This document shows positions 61,738-64,000 of a stretch of DNA of 64,000 bases, in pieces (position 1 is the stretch's first letter; the number at the start of each line of letters is the position of its first letter). The DNA lies in the NCBI GenBank assembly GCA_052168235.1, contig JBQLZK010000039.1:1-64000 (forward strand), written 5' to 3'. The position numbers and the translations under genes are program-made. Under the pieces are notes generated by a model. That model saw only the letters and a program-made list of their open reading frames with translations, searched no databases and was not told where the DNA came from. The DNA is from Thainema sp. (GTDB taxonomy: Bacteria; Cyanobacteriota; Cyanobacteriia; Phormidesmidales; Phormidesmidaceae).

Positions 61738-64000
61738 ATGAACGGGCGCATCTATCCCCAGCTGATTGATGCCTTTGCCCGTCAGTTTGACGCGGGGGGG
61801 CGTTTGGCCACCATCACCGCCGCTCGACAGCAGGCCGCTGAGGTGTTGGGCGAACCCGTAAAGCCCGGTACCCCCCTAGCCAAGCAGGTGGATGAAGCCG
61901 TGGAAGCAGCGGTGGTTCGGGCCGCACAGACCCTTCTGCGTACTTCGGCCACCCCGCATGATTGCTATGCGCGACTAGTCGATCTGCACGAGCGGCAACC
62001 GGCGCTCACGGTTCGCTCCTCTACCAGCGTCCTGCAGCAAGCCTACAGTACACCGATTCCGATTGCGTTTCTCGCCTCTACCCTGGCTGGGATCACCCCA
62101 GAGGCCACCGTGTATGAGCCGACGGCTGGACATGGCGCACTGCTGATCGGCACAGATCCGGCTCAGGTGACGGTAAATGAGATCAATCCAGATCGAGCCG
62201 CTGACCTCCGTGCCCAGGGCTACACCGTCACTCAGTTCGATGCTAGTGAGTACCAGCCTAACCAGCAGCATGATGTCATCATCTGCAATCCCCCCTTTGG
62301 CTCCATCAAAGACGAACAGCTCCACACTCGCCGCTTCCCCATGGCTGACACCTGGACGACCCAAATCGACCAGGTGATTGCTCTGAGGGCGCTAACCGTG
62401 ATGAAACCCGAGGGGCGAGCCGTGCTGATTCTCGGCGGGAAGCGAGGCCATGAGGAGGAACTGCGCTCGCAGCGTTATAACACCCGTGAAAGTCGCGCCT
62501 TCTACTACCTCCTGTATCAGCAGTATCGGGTCACGCAGCATTTGTCTATTTCAGGAGACCTCTACCGCAAGCAAGGCGCAGGCTTTCCCATTGATCTAAT
62601 TGTCATTGAAGGAAAAGGCCCCTCTGATCGACCGTTGCCCGCTGCCCAGGTGCCATCCATCTATCAAACGTTTGCCGAACTTAAGGAGCAATTGCCTCAT
62701 GAATCCCGCCGACACCCACACCCAATCTCGCTGGATTTATCCCTTCATGACCTCCCACTATCCCACCTTTCCCCATCTTTGGCAGCCGGAGGCAATGGGA
62801 GTGTTATTTATCGTCAAAGTGCCGCCCGATCTAGAGAGCCTGCAGGAACCCACCTATCTAGCCCTGATGCAGACGCGCTTAGACCAGCTGATTCAGGACT
62901 GGGCAGCGGCAACGTCTCAAATCGAAACTCAGCAGCGACTCGCAACCCATCTCAGTCAGCTGGACTCCGCTCAGGAAATCCCTCTATGGGAGCGGGACGA
63001 AGATTTGGAATTCGCCCTAAGCCAGTGGCGACAGCAGTGGAGCGAGACCTTGATCCTCAGCAACTGGCGGTTTCGGGATCGGATGGCGCACTACGGCCTG
63101 ACCTTTCCAGCAGTACCGATGGCACCGAGTCACCCCAGTCATCCCGACGCTCTGGCCCTTCACAACGAGACCACCCTGGAGGACTGGCTCAGCAACCTAA
63201 CTCTGTAACGCTTCACCCAGAGGCTCCTATGAATACCTCGCTTTCATCTGCCACACCTGAAACTGGGTCGGCAGACGCCTACGATATCCAGCCCCGCCAG
63301 GTGCCCTATGTGCCCAAAAGCAAGGGTTCTTCTACCCAAACGCTGATTCCCTGCAATATGGCCAGTGCAGCTCAGCAAGCCCTCGACCAGTTCGAGCAGC
63401 AGCATGGCGATATTGATGTCTATCTGGCTACCCGGTTAGGTTACGGCTCCGTTGCAGAGCTGCACCAATACTTCAGTGCCGAGCAGGTGGATGCTGCCGC
63501 CCTGGCGATCGGCAACCTGGAACAAGGGGCAGGCTTCATCACTGGTGATCAGACCGGCATCGGTAAGGGGCGTATCTGTGCCAGCATCATGCGCTATGCC
63601 CAGCAGCAGGGCAAAATTGCCATCTTTATCACCAAAGACAAGCCCCTCTATGCCGACATGATGCGCGATGTGGGCGATATCGGGATACGGCAATTTACGC
63701 CTTTCATCACCGACAGCAGCACTGAAATTCCCCTGGCCAACGGAGCTGCCTTGAAGACGGCAGGAGCAGCGAAGCAAAAAGAAGAGATGCAGGCGCTGAT
63801 ACAACAGGGCAATCTGGGACATTACAGTGCTGTCTTTACCACCTACAGCCAGCTGCAGACGGTAGGGAAGAAGGAACCGCTGAGACGGAATTTCCTACGA
63901 AAACTGGCTCCCCAGGCGATTCTAATTCTGGATGAAGCTCACCAAGCGGGCGGCAGCAAAGGGGGTTGGAAAGAAGCGGAACCTCCGGATCGGGCCGACT
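61738..64000 (+). CDS. Large N6-adenine methyltransferase + strawberry-notch-type SF2 helicase (DarB-like), 3' end outside the window
   Basis: Manual translation from ATG 61738 has no stop up to 64000; YEPTAGHGAL (motif I), ICNPPFG (62287-62298), GDQTGIGKGR (63544-63573), FTTYSQL, ILDEAH (63931-63942); absent from the ORF track because it is unterminated. Confidence 0.88.
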   Translation, partial: MNGRIYPQLIDAFARQFDAGGRLATITAARQQAAEVLGEPVKPGTPLAKQVDEAVEAAVVRAAQTLLRTSATPHDCYARLVDLHERQPALTVRSSTSVLQQAYSTPIPIAFLASTLAGITPEATVYEPTAGHGALLIGTDPAQVTVNEINPDRAADLRAQGYTVTQFDASEYQPNQQHDVIICNPPFGSIKDEQLHTRRFPMADTWTTQIDQVIALRALTVMKPEGRAVLILGGKRGHEEELRSQRYNTRESRAFYYLLYQQYRVTQHLSISGDLYRKQGAGFPIDLIVIEGKGPSDRPLPAAQVPSIYQTFAELKEQLPHESRRHPHPISLDLSLHDLPLSHLSPSLAAGGNGSVIYRQSAARSREPAGTHLSSPDADALRPADSGLGSGNVSNRNSAATRNPSQSAGLRSGNPSMGAGRRFGIRPKPVATAVERDLDPQQLAVSGSDGALRPDLSSSTDGTESPQSSRRSGPSQRDHPGGLAQQPNSVTLHPEAPMNTSLSSATPETGSADAYDIQPRQVPYVPKSKGSSTQTLIPCNMASAAQQALDQFEQQHGDIDVYLATRLGYGSVAELHQYFSAEQVDAAALAIGNLEQGAGFITGDQTGIGKGRICASIMRYAQQQGKIAIFITKDKPLYADMMRDVGDIGIRQFTPFITDSSTEIPLANGAALKTAGAAKQKEEMQALIQQGNLGHYSAVFTTYSQLQTVGKKEPLRRNFLRKLAPQAILILDEAHQAGGSKGGWKEAEPPDRAD
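62699..63208 (+). CDS. Probable nested gene (169 aa) in the +1 frame of the methylase-helicase linker
   Basis: AAGGAG at 62683-62688, ATG at 62699; amphipathic Trp/Leu-rich product while the host frame is S/G/P/R-rich over the same span. Confidence 0.6.
   Translation: MNPADTHTQSRWIYPFMTSHYPTFPHLWQPEAMGVLFIVKVPPDLESLQEPTYLALMQTRLDQLIQDWAAATSQIETQQRLATHLSQLDSAQEIPLWERDEDLEFALSQWRQQWSETLILSNWRFRDRMAHYGLTFPAVPMAPSHPSHPDALALHNETTLEDWLSNLTL

Larger units (their letters stand above)
40408..64000. mobile_element. Integrative conjugative element inserted at tRNA-Gly(CCC); right end outside the window
   Basis: Integrase next to the tRNA, repressor/Ner/Xis module, primase-type rep gene, VirB4/VirB6/VirB10/VirD4-like genes, strong drop in HIP1 density. 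Confidence 0.88.

Noticed and set aside
62600..62698. TTG start given by the ORF track for the nested ORF
   Set aside because: Overlaps the conserved methyltransferase end; the SD-supported ATG is at 62699

Overview
Cyanobacterial chromosome segment (abundant HIP1 GCGATCGC, ndhB, gvpK, GUN4 domain, STRR-like repeats, which suggest a filamentous Leptolyngbya-like host). Bases 1-40407 are mostly housekeeping and transport genes (smc, valS, gmk, topA, ndhB, cbiG-cobJ, a Liv-type ABC transporter, an RND pump, two tRNA-Gly genes). Right after tRNA-Gly(CCC) (40336-40407) an integrative conjugative element begins and runs off the window end. It carries a tyrosine integrase, a Mu-like repressor/Ner switch, an excisionase-like HTH, a Toprim/DUF3987 replication protein followed by a duplicated palindromic GGTAGAC heptamer array (probable origin), a cyanobacterial-type (MPF_C-like) type IV secretion operon with one frameshifted gene, and VirD4. 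It ends with a large adenine-methyltransferase/strawberry-notch helicase ORF (61738 to beyond 64000) that is missing from the ORF track. Main observations: a probable nested +1-frame gene with its own ribosome-binding site inside the linker of that ORF, the duplicated palindromic origin, and a predicted ~130-nt antisense RNA upstream of the replication gene. All calls are by motif recognition; no database searches were run.
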